Source: Ascoidea asiatica JCM 7603 (taxonomy: Eukaryota > Fungi > Ascomycota). From it: a DNA stretch of 64,000 nucleotides. Where the stretch lies: NCBI GenBank assembly GCA_001600695.1, contig BCKQ01000002.1:827184-891183 (forward strand). The letters run 5' to 3'. Numbering within the stretch: the first letter of the stretch is position 1; each line of letters begins with the position of its first letter. Of this stretch, positions 46,801-58,796 are shown one piece after another. The position numbers were made by a program, and so were the translations under genes. The notes beneath the pieces were generated by a model, which was given only the letters and a program-made list of their open reading frames with translations, had not been told where the DNA came from and ran no database searches.

Positions 46801-46831
46801 CTTTGGTAAAGTTTTCAAAAAAGCAAAATAA
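43829..46831 (+). CDS. Universal-stress-protein (Usp)-domain protein, Ser/Asn-rich
   Basis: PRISFDT; RVIMVYISGRRHTWVSLDW..LENGDTLIVL; AIDLYKPSMLIV..LTDRLVKNYQCPIVIVP. Confidence 0.7.
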   Translation: MSNPSNFTSIRIQEPPKPIKIKKIKLKKNNEKINSRNSFSKCKNLLLTSKELNNLNNLKNGKIPAYTTVSLKILSPLNNINNSNSNNNSNNELNDSNTLNINTILDTNSSILSNNLSSLNVSENSSCINLNNNNNDKSTKLNNINNKNNSSIINSFSSNSNSSNSILTNNTNNTNNTNNTNNTNNSCDNFIPRISFDTVNISYSSCPKYDFYKHYDDTQDRNQAIAHSMDYISPSGKKYNSYGTPEINNLPNSFFYLINDQQKTFQNLKNKLYNLDGPILNSKKINENDKFLKTYISIKTHKNFKNLYSISNPIKNLKPILPGRVIMVYISGRRHTWVSLDWVIHNLLENGDTLIVLSAIREEAINNNNNKNNFISGSTYFQKSKDLSLSPKFNSNSNNFSNDFDDLYPINSLNSINSNRTLSPSVQRGRSRSNFRSNNSTRSPTPIRSPTPILNKLNFNNKINNNNINSNLKTIQSVPLLNNNLKNKIYYDNENSLKKTADNLMDYIFKIINPNLIIKVILEFAIGSTKISLEKAIDLYKPSMLIVSIKPRVNLESKTKWSSRRLTDRLVKNYQCPIVIVPALKMDDFEINLFNELNKRYNNNNNNNHQEEEKEEKEESNNNNNKNKCGNKPALHLNETSTKSAPALFSTINNPSNLNIEPINDSISSVLNSEKSSEKSSINSPKYPSSIISNNFSSTDSEEYNEDSESDSDCNSSESSENGDDDDDDDDSDSDEDYNNISRKIIRNHKKSRHTLVKLDASAPDDILIERIGERVEFYEDWLNKSLNEIELFNNKNIKNIKNIKNTKDNKINDVNEINEVNENYYTDKLKMISDCNLHLSQQLKFLIKKLPPSSDGAKLVRQITGDITGSEQKFKPMIPMITLASDTKSTPNLRNSKILNSSGPFLSSTNSNNNRPPMASRSKSSNAVISKNKFSKNSLSPHRSLEQREKNQERYERSGRSLSPFFWRSSSKEPKGENNRYFSPEKKSGLFGKVFKKAK

Positions 46832-47424
46832 TGTTCAAAAGAAAAAACCAATTAACAATATTTACTTTTTTTTTTTTAATCAGATTCCCTTTTTTTTCTT
46901 CCTTTCCACTTTGTTGTTGTTATTTCTCTATTGTAATTATTAATCAGTTTTCCTTTTTTTAAGATCCTTTATTTACTCCACTGTTTTCTTGTTTTTCTAT
47001 GCTTCTGTTTTATTCTACGATCTTTTTTCTTTTCTCTTCTTTACTTTTACGAACTTCCTACATATAGATCTGAATTCCAATTCATATATTTATTTATTTA
47101 TTTTGTTATTCTTTACATTCTGATATTTTTCATCTTCTCCAGTTTTTGCTCTTCGGTAAACATCGACATTTTCAAATCCGAATCACAAAAACCAAAAACA
47201 TCTTTCGGTGATCACCGAGAATTTAGTATCACGGGTAATTACGTAATTCCAACAGTTGCATATATTTATCCAACTATTTTCCATTTTCCGTTTTTGGTTT
47301 AAATTTTAAAAGTATTTTTGGAGAAGTCCAAGAAGTTCAAGAAGTTGATACAAATCATTAGAGGAATATCATTTGAAATATCATAAAGAATATCATTTCA
47401 TTATTATCTTATTTTATAAAAGCA

Positions 47425-48027
47425 ATGGACAAAGCTTTAATACAGACATTTCCTCAATTTTCTGAATATAGAATCTTGATTTCTTTATTTACAAATGTTA
47501 AAAATTCAAAAGAAATAAAGGAAAATTTAATTTCAAAAAATGATAATTATAATTATACTTTTATAAATCCAAAAAACATTCTAAGTGAAAAACAATTATT
47601 TTTATCAATTTATAAGACTTTGATTAATATTAAAAATTCAAATTTAAAGACAAATTCAATAATTACTGAAATTTTATATAACTTATCAATATTTAAAAGT
47701 ATTATGGATTCAATTAAAAAATTTGGTATTAATGATACTTTAAAAGATTTAATTGTAATAAAAATAATTAAAATTGAAAATGATAAGAAATTTGATGAAA
47801 TGAATAACGATGATATAAATTATCATTTGAGTAATTTATTTGAAATCATTCAAGGTGATTTAATTCAAATTAATAATAATAATTTAAAAAAATTAACTGA
47901 TTTAAATTTATTATTCAAAAATTATAAATTGAATAATATAAATGATAAATACCTAAATTCATCTGACTTAAAAAAAAATAATAACTTATTATTAAATCAT
48001 GTATTAGGTTTAATTCAATTAAAATAG
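47425..48027 (+). CDS. CGI121: EKC/KEOPS complex subunit Cgi121
   Basis: FPQF, LFTNVKNS, LKTNSIITEILYNLS..SIMDSIKKFGI. Convergent with AMD1, as in S. cerevisiae. Confidence 0.88.
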   Translation: MDKALIQTFPQFSEYRILISLFTNVKNSKEIKENLISKNDNYNYTFINPKNILSEKQLFLSIYKTLINIKNSNLKTNSIITEILYNLSIFKSIMDSIKKFGINDTLKDLIVIKIIKIENDKKFDEMNNDDINYHLSNLFEIIQGDLIQINNNNLKKLTDLNLLFKNYKLNNINDKYLNSSDLKKNNNLLLNHVLGLIQLK

Positions 48028-48073
48028 ATGATGCCAATTATTTATTTATCTACTTGATTATTTATCTATTTAT

Positions 48074-50785
48074 CTATTTATTTATATAATATTTTTTTAA
48101 ATTAACATGTCTTTTAATTAATTCTTTTTCTGTCATTAATGTTTCATATCTATATGCTAATCTAATATTTGGTACATTAGTTTTTTCAATATCATTACCT
48201 TCTGGTCCATAAAAATCATATTTTTTACCTAACCAATGTTTTTTTAATTCATCTTCAAATCCACTCATTAAAACTGAATTTCTTGCCAATTCACACATAT
48301 CAACATTTGATAATTTATAAATTTGTGCTGCAACTGAATATTCTTCAATTAATGGTTCTCTTGTATATGAAAATTGTAATGGATCATCTGTTGATAAACT
48401 TACATTTAATCCTCTTTTAAAATAATATGGAAATGGATTTTTATCATATGTTAAAAATAATGCATTATTACTTAATGGTGACATTGCAATTCCAATTTGA
48501 TCTAAATAATAAAGATATTGAACAAATGGTACTTTTCTTAATAAAATTCCATGACTTATACCTTCTGCTAATAAATACGCTGAACATAAATGTTCTGGAT
48601 CTCCTGCTTCTCCACAATGTGGTCTTAAAACTAATGTATTAAATTTTCTTCTTTTACGAAATTCATTTAATGAACTTAAATTTCCAAATAAATAATATAA
48701 ATAATAACTATATGGAGGATTTTGTTTAAAATTCCATAATTTTGGTACTGGATATTTTTTATGAACTCTTCTATCAATTTTCGATTCATCATCAACTGAA
48801 TCAAATCCAATAACTCTTTGTAAAAAAATATGTAATTTTGGATGACTTGATGGATTTTTTGTAACTTCAAATAGTGGTTGAAATAAATTTATTAAAATTT
48901 CTTCAAAATTTGAAACAATTTTACCTTTATTATAAATATCATATAATCTTGGTACTTGAATTAACCATCTAACATTATGACTAAAAATTTTATTATCAAT
49001 AATCCATTCAGCTAATTTATCCCATTCATTAATTGATTTACCATAAATTGAAATTCTATATTCTGCCATTTGATATTTACTTTGTTCTAAATCTGTAAAA
49101 ACTTCTTTTGTAACATCTGCTAAATATTTACCTTTAATAAAATTATCAGTTTTAAGAAAAATTTCTCTTAATCTTGACTCTCCAATTGGATTATATTTTA
49201 AATTAAATTTATCAAATCTATGAAATGTATCTTTATGTGCATGCATATCTAAAGTATCAATTGATAAATCATATGCTGTAAGATTTAAAGATTTAAAAAC
49301 TTCATCTAATGTTAAAATTTTATTATCTCTAAATATAACTTGTTCATTTGATGAATGTTTCATTTTATGTTTAATAAATCTTAATAAATGTTTTTGATTC
49401 ATACATGCAGAATGATGAACATGTGTATCAACTTTTCTAACATTATAAAAATCTCTATGTGGATTTTTTTTTGAATTTTCAGTTTCTTGATATTCATTTA
49501 ATAAACTATATAAATTCCATCTTGCTTCTAAATATTGAAGTCTTTTAAATGCAAAAGATTTTGCAGGACCATCTGATGATATTGAGATTAATTGTTCTAA
49601 ATCAATATAATAATCTCTAATTGTTGGAACATCAATTAATGGTTTTATATTATTAATATTAATATTATTTTGTTGTTTAGTTTCTTCATTATCACTTGAT
49701 TTTTCTAATTCCTTCAATTTTGAATAATCTTCAGAAGAATAGATTTGATAAATTCCATTATTATCTAATTTATAATCAATTGAATCATCATTATTTGGAA
49801 CATGACAAAGTTCAAATTCAAAATCTTCATCAGAAAATGTAATTTTTGGTTGTTTATCCATATGAGAATCTGAAAATTTCTTTTCATCTTTATTCCAAAC
49901 AGGTTTTGGTGGTTGAGGATATAGAGACCAATCTTCTGATTCATTTTTTGGATTATCTTCAGGAAATTGTAAAGATACTTTTTGATATTTTCTTCTAAGA
50001 TCTAAACATATTTGAACATCAGAATATAATTCAATTAATTCCACGGATGGAGCTTCTAAAGGAACATCATCTTCTCTTGATGATTGTTGAGATTGTTTTC
50101 TATTATGTTGAAATGTTCCACGTTGTTTTGAAATTGAAGAAGATGGTGTCATTCCAAGAGCATAATTTGATCCATTTCCATCTTCATTTTTTAAATGAAA
50201 ACCCGATTGTAATTGTTCTGTTAAATGAATCATTCTTGTACCACCAGGATTTGTTATAGTCGATTTTCTTGATAATGGTCTTGGAGAGAATCTTGAAGGT
50301 GGTGGTGGTGGAATTGAATCTTGAACTTTTGGATTTGATGGATTTAATATTGGAGAACCAACTGATTTTAATAATTTCATTTTCATATCATTTTCACTGA
50401 TCATTTTATCTTCACTATATGAGAAATTAGTTGAACTTGACATTGAACGATTAATAAATGCATCTGAGTGATCATTATCATCACTAATCTTATTATCATT
50501 AGTATAATTATAACCTTTATCTAACTTGAATTCATCATCATCAACTTCTTGAATAACATCCAGATCGTCATCCTCATTACCAGCAAAACTTGAGTGACTT
50601 TCTTCTTTGTCAGAATCACCTTCTTTTGAAGTATAAGTTAACTTATTTTCATCATCATAGAATACCAGGTTGTTGGAATATGGATGAGCAGAATCATTGG
50701 AATTTGATGAATTTTTAGATTGGGTGTCAATTGATGGCAGGCCTGCTAATCTTTCTGAAAAAGATTTTCTCTTTTGGTTAGGCAT
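48074..50785 (-). CDS. AMD1: AMP deaminase
   Basis: [48 protein letters not shown]. Confidence 0.97.
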   Translation of the reverse strand: MPNQKRKSFSERLAGLPSIDTQSKNSSNSNDSAHPYSNNLVFYDDENKLTYTSKEGDSDKEESHSSFAGNEDDDLDVIQEVDDDEFKLDKGYNYTNDNKISDDNDHSDAFINRSMSSSTNFSYSEDKMISENDMKMKLLKSVGSPILNPSNPKVQDSIPPPPPSRFSPRPLSRKSTITNPGGTRMIHLTEQLQSGFHLKNEDGNGSNYALGMTPSSSISKQRGTFQHNRKQSQQSSREDDVPLEAPSVELIELYSDVQICLDLRRKYQKVSLQFPEDNPKNESEDWSLYPQPPKPVWNKDEKKFSDSHMDKQPKITFSDEDFEFELCHVPNNDDSIDYKLDNNGIYQIYSSEDYSKLKELEKSSDNEETKQQNNININNIKPLIDVPTIRDYYIDLEQLISISSDGPAKSFAFKRLQYLEARWNLYSLLNEYQETENSKKNPHRDFYNVRKVDTHVHHSACMNQKHLLRFIKHKMKHSSNEQVIFRDNKILTLDEVFKSLNLTAYDLSIDTLDMHAHKDTFHRFDKFNLKYNPIGESRLREIFLKTDNFIKGKYLADVTKEVFTDLEQSKYQMAEYRISIYGKSINEWDKLAEWIIDNKIFSHNVRWLIQVPRLYDIYNKGKIVSNFEEILINLFQPLFEVTKNPSSHPKLHIFLQRVIGFDSVDDESKIDRRVHKKYPVPKLWNFKQNPPYSYYLYYLFGNLSSLNEFRKRRKFNTLVLRPHCGEAGDPEHLCSAYLLAEGISHGILLRKVPFVQYLYYLDQIGIAMSPLSNNALFLTYDKNPFPYYFKRGLNVSLSTDDPLQFSYTREPLIEEYSVAAQIYKLSNVDMCELARNSVLMSGFEDELKKHWLGKKYDFYGPEGNDIEKTNVPNIRLAYRYETLMTEKELIKRHVNLKKYYINK

Positions 50786-52048
50786 TGAACTTATGTATTT
50801 GAATTATTGATTTAATTTATTGATTTGATTAAAATTTGAAGAATGATAAGTATAGTTAAAATGTATCAATTAAAATATAACCGAAAAAAGTTTCAATTAA
50901 AATCACTGAGACTTAGATGCTTGGATATATTCTTTAAAAGCAAAGGGGAACACTATAACCTACAATAACTCAATTATATCTCAACTCTGAATAAATTGTC
51001 TATGAATATATTCTCCTTTTATTTCTGAAACTTCTCGAGTAATTGTCAAGAATTGTATGGCTTATCTGAAAAATAATGTAAATCTACTTGAACTGGAAAA
51101 TACTCACGAAATGTGACTGAATCTCGAGAAAATCGCACTAATTTTTCTGGTAAGGATTTTGATAAGAAATTAAACCGAAAGGGGTCTGAGACTGTAAAGC
51201 TATGCCAGATAAACTTGAATTTGAATATATTTATCTGATACAATCGAGTAAAAAATGAAATAAACAAATACTGGTTGATGGTAAAATGTTGATTGAGAAT
51301 AGTTAAAATATCACAATCAGTAATCTAGTTTTTAACATCAATTTATGTGTTTTCAATAGTAAATTTGGCACAATGAAGGTTTAGATCATGGAGAAATTTG
51401 GAAACTACTCAAACTGAATAATTTCTAATCAACGTCACCCAACTAACAAATATCAACTAAAATGTCAAATTGTATTTTTTCGGAGTTAAAAAAAGAGTAA
51501 ATGGATATTTATATTTTATGCAATTACTCAATCAAAATTTCAATATGGGGTACTTTTTTTATATCGTCATAAAAAATAATTCATAAGAAAATACTTTTCG
51601 AAAAATCAGCTAAAAAAATATTGAAAACAATAAAGAGTTATTTAACATAAAATGCTTCAACAATTAAATTTGAAGCCCTTCTATTAAAGTTCTATACTAA
51701 CATATTACTATACATACATTTAGTGCCTCTTACTTCTCAGAAACAGAGTTTTATTCTATTTTAAAAATAAACTTCGCAAAAATAGATTGAATATAACTCA
51801 ATCATTGTTTAAAGATTAGTCATACAACTATTTTTCATGAAGTACAAAGACTTTTTCAATGATTTTTTCTATTTTAAGAAAGCTTGTTTCCAAATCATTA
51901 TCATCATCACTAACATAATCTTTCTTGTTGTTCACTAAAAAAAAAAACTTTAGTCAAATCTGATTGACGAAAAATTCATTTGAAATATGAAATTTAAAAT
52001 TTCTATTCAAACATCTATCTAAATTTTAATACATTGAATCTTGTAACT

Positions 52049-55000
52049 TCAAGTATTAAATAAATCAGGAAAATAAAAATCCCAATTTTCATCAGTTGTA
52101 TTATTTGAAGCTGTCATTAAAACAGGAGGTCCTCCAATAAAACTTGGAAAAGTAATCAAATTCCCATTATTTATTTCTGGATTAACAAAAAAAGAAAAAT
52201 CTGAAGTTTTTGTACCATTGAAATTATTTTCATAAGGTCCTTGATTTTGATATCCAATTTGATTTTCTGGTAAAAAATTAGACTTATTGTTCAGATTGAG
52301 ATATTGCTCCGAATATTTATAATTCTCAGTTCCATTACTATAAGCATTTTCTAAACTATTATTTTCATTATATTCAGAATTTCCATTATTATTAAATTCA
52401 TAATTATTATTTAGGTTCAAATTCTGATTATTCATATTCATATTCATATTCATATTCATATTCATATTCATATTCAGGTTCATGTTCATATTTATATTCA
52501 TATTGGTATTCAAATTTGCATTCATGTTTACATTCATATTAGCATTTAAACTATTAGAGGCATCTTGTGACTGGGGTATGAATGCGTGATTTAAGTTCAG
52601 ATATGCACCATTAATTTGTTGATTTGAATTAGATATATTATTATCTTTTAATCTCTCTTCATTTTTATTTATATATTCGGATTGATTTTGATTCATAACA
52701 TAATTGATATCAGTTTGCGTATGATTGTATGCTCTGATATTAGAATCATTAATAACTTGATTGTTTGGACCATTTATAATTTGAGTATTTGAACCATAGG
52801 ATATTCCAGAATATTGATTATTAATTCCTGCAAAATTCTTCCTGGCGTCTTGTTGAAAGTCATTTTTATTAATTATTTTATTGACTCCATATTTAGGTCC
52901 ATGAGCAAAAGCTTGTCCAGAATTTAGTACAGGTGCATTTATAGCAAAATTTATTTCACTTGCTTTCTTTGTTTGATGATTTTGAGTAGGATTTTTGGAA
53001 AAATTATTTTCTTGAGGGATATTTTGTTTTGATTCAGATATAGATATATTTTTATTAACTTGCACTGGATTGTTAACTAAAACTTCTGGACTTATCTTAT
53101 TTGAAGTAGGATTCATAGAAGAACAACTAAAATTATGAGTATTTGATTCATTATTGGGTTTCTCTTTTTTTAAAATTTTCTCATCATTTGTTTTTGTTAT
53201 ATTATTTTCTGTTTGATTCGATGTTTTTGTTTTATTATATTTACCTTTATTCTCTAACCAATCATCATATTTTTTCTTTATCAATTTATAAGCTTTTGAA
53301 GCTAATTTCCAAGTCATTGAACTATCCTTTAACACATTTAAAAGAAAGATTATTTTTTTTTTATATTCATTACTTTTTATAGAACTAATTGGTTGAGTTA
53401 TTATAAGTAATATTATACTTGAGCCAATAATACATAAATAAACACCAGTAATTGAAATATAATTAAAGCCACCATGTTCTTTTTTAAATGAATTTAAACA
53501 TATATATAAATCATCAATAATATTTTCACAAATTGCCAATGGAGAATATTTTTTTGGATCTTTTAAATTTGAATAAGATTGATTATATTTAATTTCTTTT
53601 GAAATAAAAGGTCTATTTAAACATAAAGCTATTAAATAATAATAAAATTTAAAACTATTTTGAGTTGGATTTGAACCAATATCTACTAAAGATTCTTTTG
53701 TCCACATAAAATCTTTTGATAAATTTTCTTTCCATTTTAAAATATCATAATTATATTCACTTAATTTTTCCATTCTTTTTTGAATAAGTTTAAAATTATT
53801 TTCAGAAGAATTATTACCATTTAAATCATTAATATTTGAAAATAATTGATCTAAAATTTTTTCTGAAATTCCACTTAAATTAATCATTTGAATAATTAAT
53901 CTAAATTGATTATATTTATCATTTGGATAAATAAAATCATTAATACCTTCACCATAATAATTTGGTAAATTATTTGTGTCAGGTACACTTGTATCATTAA
54001 TTTTTAAAGTTATTGGTCTACCTAATAATAAACTAATATAATGATCAAACATATAACAACTCCAATAAAATCTTCTTCTAACAAGAATCTCTTCTTTTGA
54101 TAAAGTATTAGTATTATTTGAACTATTATTATTATTATTATTATTATTATTTGAATTATTTAAAAACCAATTTGAAGGATCAAGTTGAAAACCTAAATCA
54201 AAACCAATTCTAAAAGCTAAACCAGATAAATTCCAAGCTTTTGAATTTTCACCATTACCAATATGATAATAAGATAAAATTAAAAGTGATTGAACAGTTG
54301 TAATTAAAGGTTTTTCAAGTTTACTTAAAATTAAAATATTTTTTGAAATTGAATAAAATAAATGAGATTTATTTCTAATATTTAAATTCTTACTTAATTT
54401 TGAACCAATTGAACAAATAGCTAAGATTAATTCTTCTGAACAAAATAAAGTATTTAAATTATGATTTAAGAAATCTTTTAAAAAATAATCTCTATAAATA
54501 TAAGTATTTAAATCTAAATAAAGATATAAAAAAAATAATTTAATTGATTCAATAATTATTGGATCTTTTGTTAAATTATTTCTATCAATATTTAATTGAT
54601 TATAGAGTAAATTAATTTGATTATAAAATAAATTATAATCATTTGATATTAAAACAGATTGAGGATTATTATTATTTATTATTGGAATTGAATCTCGACT
54701 TGTATTTGAATTAGTATTTAAAGGTTTATTTATATTGGCGCTTGTATTAGCGCTTATATTGGCGCTTATATTTGAATTTGAAATTGAATTTATATTGTTA
54801 CTTGGAGTTATACTTTTATTTGAATTATTAATATTTTTTATATTTTTTATATTATTAATATTATTTATATTATTAATATTATTAATATTATTTGATAGAT
54901 TATTTTTTAGATTTAATTCAGTTAATGAATCATCATAATATACACTTGTTGGACCATAAACAGAAATTCCAAAATCATTTTTACTGAATTTAATTAATAC

Positions 55001-55858
55001 ATCATTATCAATTTCTTTTTTAATTTTATTATCATCATTTATATCATTATCAATTATGTTATCAATATCAATATTTTTAATATATTTAATAGTTTTCTTT
55101 GATAAATTATTTGAATTTAAATTTTTTAAATCATTTAATTTATAATTATTAATTAAATTTGGATTTTTTTTAAAATTATTAAATAAATCATATAAATTAT
55201 TTAATTTTTTTTCAAGTTGAATAACGTAAGAATTTTTAAATCTTTTACTTCTACCATCACCAATTGCTCTATCACAAAATAAATTAAATTTCAAACAATT
55301 AGGACATGGAGTTTTATCTTTATCACATTTTATCTAGAATATTAATGAAAAAAAAATGATATTATTTGAAGTTAGTAAATTGAAGTGAAAAAAAATAAAA
55401 ATTGAACAAATTATGATTTTTATACATACTTTTTTTTGTCTACAACGAACGCATCTAATTTTGAGTTAAATAAATAAATTATGGTTAATAATATTAAAAG
55501 GTTAGTAAATTTAATATTTCAATATAATGAATAATTTTTTTTCTTTAACATACGATAATGAATAATGAGCTAAATTTCTTTTCCTTAGTTCCTGACTTGT
55601 TGCTGTTGCTGTTGTATTTGCTATATTTGAAGCTGGCAAACTTGGGGTATTTGTTGTTGATGAGGATGTATTTGAATTCGAAGATATAAAATCATGTTGA
55701 AGATTTGAGGGTGAATTTTCTAAATTGATATTATTATTATTATTATTTGGAATATTATTTTGATAATTATTATCGGAAACAGTAGATGAATTAGATGAAT
55801 TATTTATATTTTCATTTATTTGAATTGAATTTGAATTAGGAAATGAATGATTTTTCAT
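52049..55858 (-). CDS. Zn2Cys6 transcription factor, Cha4/Tea1-like; exons 55858-55554, 55454-55430, 55333-52049 (1204 aa)
   Basis: Splicing restores SCVRCRQKKIKCDKDKTPCPNCLKFNLFC in frame. Also has YGPTS, FCSEELILAICSIG, AWNLSGLAFRIGFDLGFQLDP, RRRFYWSCY..DH, GGPPVLM. Confidence 0.9.
52431..52500. repeat. (ATGAAT)n hexamer repeat encoding poly(Asn-Met) in the transcription factor C-terminus
   Basis: NMNMNLNMNMNMNMN in the translation. Confidence 0.85.
55334..55429 (-). other. Spliceosomal intron 2 of the Zn2Cys6 gene (96 nt)
   Basis: GTATGT donor, TACTAAC branch (55371-55377), TAG acceptor. Confidence 0.9.
55455..55553 (-). other. Spliceosomal intron 1 of the Zn2Cys6 gene (99 nt)
   Basis: GTATGT donor, TACTAAC branch (55501-55507), TAG acceptor. 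Confidence 0.9.
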
Positions 55859-56197
55859 TATTTTGTAAAAATAGTTTTATAAAATTTATTAAGATCATAA
55901 AGATCATATACTGTATATTTAAAAATGATGAAAATTGTGTAATAAAGATTTTAAAAAACCACAAATTTGAATTTAAATTTGAATTTAAATCTGAATTTAA
56001 ATCTACTATTATTGAGAGATTCCAAGTAAGTGAATATATATATGTGTCTGATTATATTATTTTAATCTACTCTATTTTGCTCTATTCATGAGATGATCTT
56101 CTTCTGGTGTCAGATTCAAATTCGTCTTTATCTTCTCAAAACCTGGGAGGTTCTTTTTAAATCATGCTTCATGCTTCAGTGGAAGTGAGTGCCTTGA

Positions 56198-56199
<2 letters not shown>

Positions 56200-56245
<46 letters not shown>
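56200..56245. repeat. (ATT)~15 microsatellite
   Basis: Read directly from the sequence. Confidence 0.9.
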
Positions 56246-56624
56246 CGATTGCAGTGTTTGTTGAGTGGTACTGTCACGGAGCAGCCGATCACGTTCAGAT
56301 TCCATGAGACGGCTCAAATGACAGGGATTTGATTGTTATTAATTGATACTATTTCTTGGTGCACTTCGTTGACAAGAAGACCCGCGAACATGGTCTCCAA
56401 AATAGTATCCAAAAAACTGGTCTCGTTCTATGAAATTCAGAATCTTCAGCTTTTGCTGCTTTTGCTGACTTTGATTTTGATGTTGGTTCTTCTGAGGAAA
56501 TAACACAAAATCAACATGAGAAACCATGATTAGAAATGAAAAAAATGCATTGAATTGAAATATACAATAAGACTATCTAATTGCAAAGTTATATAGTATT
56601 TAAAAAAGCAAAATATACTTCCTA

Positions 56625-58796
56625 TTATCGTGGTTCCAGAGGTGGTAAAAGATATCTGTTTGATAATGGTTTATCTATATAATCATCATTATCTGTATCA
56701 CAATAATTTTCTTTATCACTCTCTTCTGATGATAAATAAACAATTTCTGGTGATGAATGATTTGATACTGTATTAGAATTTGAATTATTATCTTTTTTCT
56801 TTTCAAATTCATTTCCTTCATTTTCATTTTCATTTTCATTTTCATTTTCATTTTCATTCTCAGTATCACTGATGATAATTTCATTTCCTTTGGTTCCAGA
56901 GATTTCATTATCTTTTTCATCATTGGAATCATTATTAGAATCATCTTCTGTTTCATCTTCAGTTTGTTCAACAATATATGAAAAATCTTCATCAAATTCA
57001 AGTTCTTTTTTATTTATTTCTTCTTCTTTTTCATCATGTTCATTTTCTTTCTTATTATCATTACTTTTATTACAATTACCATTATTATTACCATTTTCAT
57101 TTTCATCTTCATCAGAACATGATCCATTATCTGAAGATGAACTTAAAATTTGATCATAAATATTTTCTTCAGGTATATCATCATCAATATTTAATTCATT
57201 TTCTTTAACCCAACATCTTGAAATTATAGAAACTTTAAAAAATTCTTCAATTGAATATTTTTTAAAAAATTCAATATGAATAATTTTTTTTTTTAAATAT
57301 TTATATGTATTAATAATTATTCTTTTAATATCTTCAATATTTTTACAATCAATTCTATTTTTTATATTAAATAATAAATTAAATAAAATTTTTTTTGTCA
57401 TTAAATTATTTTTTTTAAAATTAAAAATTTTTATTGTTAAATACATTACTGCAATTGAACAATTTGATGGTAATTCACCAATTGATTTATTATTTAATAA
57501 AATACATTCACTTAAATAATTACTTAAAATTACAAATTTTTTTTTTTCAATTGAATTTAAATTTAAATTATAAAATTTTTTATTATTATTAATATTATTA
57601 TTATTTGGATTAAATATTAAATTATTTAATAATCTTGATAAAAAATCTAAAATTGTTGGATTATTAAAAATATTAAATTTTAAAACATTTAAAATTCTAA
57701 ATTCACAATTTTTAATTTTTAATTGTGTACAAGATTCTTCAGTTTGATGTTCAAAATATTCAATTGAAGGTATATTACTTTCAAAATATTTTGAAGATAA
57801 AAATAATGAAGTTATACCTAATAATTGTAAATTATCAATTTTAAAATAATTATTTGGATAAAATGTTAAAACTCTATCAATTAAATTAATTGTTAAAAAT
57901 AAAGTTTGTGGAGATAAATTAAATTTTAAATGAACTTGAATTAACCAATCATATAAAATTATTCTCATTTTATTATTTAAATTAATTTGATTTTTAAAAG
58001 AATTTTTATTTATAAAATTATTTGATTTTAATTGTAATTTATATAATTGATTAAAAGAATCATGAACATAATCAAAAGAAAGATTATTAAAATTTGAATT
58101 TGATGATAAATCATTATAAAATAAATTATTTTGAATATATGAAAAATATAATTCACTCTCAGATTCTTTTTTAATTTTTTTCTTCTTTTTAACTGGAGAT
58201 TCAATATCCGATATATAATCTTGTTGTTGTTGTTGTTGTTGTTGTTGTTGAACTTCTTCTGGGTGGATTTCTTGTTCTTGAAGATTATTATGAATAACAA
58301 TTGGAGATGGAGTTGAAATTAAAGATGATTTTATTGGGGTTAAATTATTTAATTTTCTTCTTGAATTTGAATTAAAATTTGAAATTGATTTTTTTAATTT
58401 TGAATTTGGAGTTAATAAAACATTAAATTTTCTTTTTCTACTATTTATTTCATTATTATTAGTAGTAGTAATAGTATTATTATTATTATTTTGAATGAAA
58501 TTGGATTTAAGTAATGGATTTTTATTTGAATCAGAATTAATTGTGAATGAAGTTTTTTGATTTTGATTTAATATACATGGAGATGAATTTATATATGAGA
58601 TTTTATTCTTATTTTTATTCTTTGATTGATTATTGAATTGATTATTTTTTATATCAATTAAAACATTTCTTGAATTTTTTTTATCATTAATTTTATGAAT
58701 AGTTTGATTTTGAAAAGCTGGTAATGGATTTGGTTTCAAAATATTTAATGGAATTGAATGATGATTTTGATTAGTTTGATTATTTTCATTATTCAT
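56625..58796 (-). CDS. Divergent B-type cyclin, copy A, with acidic C-terminal extension
   Basis: D-box RNVLIDIKN; MRIILYDWLIQVHLKFNLSPQTLFLTINLIDR; LQLLGITSLFLSSKY; KKYS..FFKVS. Confidence 0.88.
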   Translation of the reverse strand: MNNENNQTNQNHHSIPLNILKPNPLPAFQNQTIHKINDKKNSRNVLIDIKNNQFNNQSKNKNKNKISYINSSPCILNQNQKTSFTINSDSNKNPLLKSNFIQNNNNNTITTTNNNEINSRKRKFNVLLTPNSKLKKSISNFNSNSRRKLNNLTPIKSSLISTPSPIVIHNNLQEQEIHPEEVQQQQQQQQQQDYISDIESPVKKKKKIKKESESELYFSYIQNNLFYNDLSSNSNFNNLSFDYVHDSFNQLYKLQLKSNNFINKNSFKNQINLNNKMRIILYDWLIQVHLKFNLSPQTLFLTINLIDRVLTFYPNNYFKIDNLQLLGITSLFLSSKYFESNIPSIEYFEHQTEESCTQLKIKNCEFRILNVLKFNIFNNPTILDFLSRLLNNLIFNPNNNNINNNKKFYNLNLNSIEKKKFVILSNYLSECILLNNKSIGELPSNCSIAVMYLTIKIFNFKKNNLMTKKILFNLLFNIKNRIDCKNIEDIKRIIINTYKYLKKKIIHIEFFKKYSIEEFFKVSIISRCWVKENELNIDDDIPEENIYDQILSSSSDNGSCSDEDENENGNNNGNCNKSNDNKKENEHDEKEEEINKKELEFDEDFSYIVEQTEDETEDDSNNDSNDEKDNEISGTKGNEIIISDTENENENENENENENEGNEFEKKKDNNSNSNTVSNHSSPEIVYLSSEESDKENYCDTDNDDYIDKPLSNRYLLPPLEPR

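Noticed and set aside
35657-55294. TTG starts in the ORF track for RRD2 (35677), VMA22 (36296) and the Zn2Cys6 gene (55294)
   Set aside because: Eukaryotic genes: downstream ATGs or upstream spliced exons explain them.
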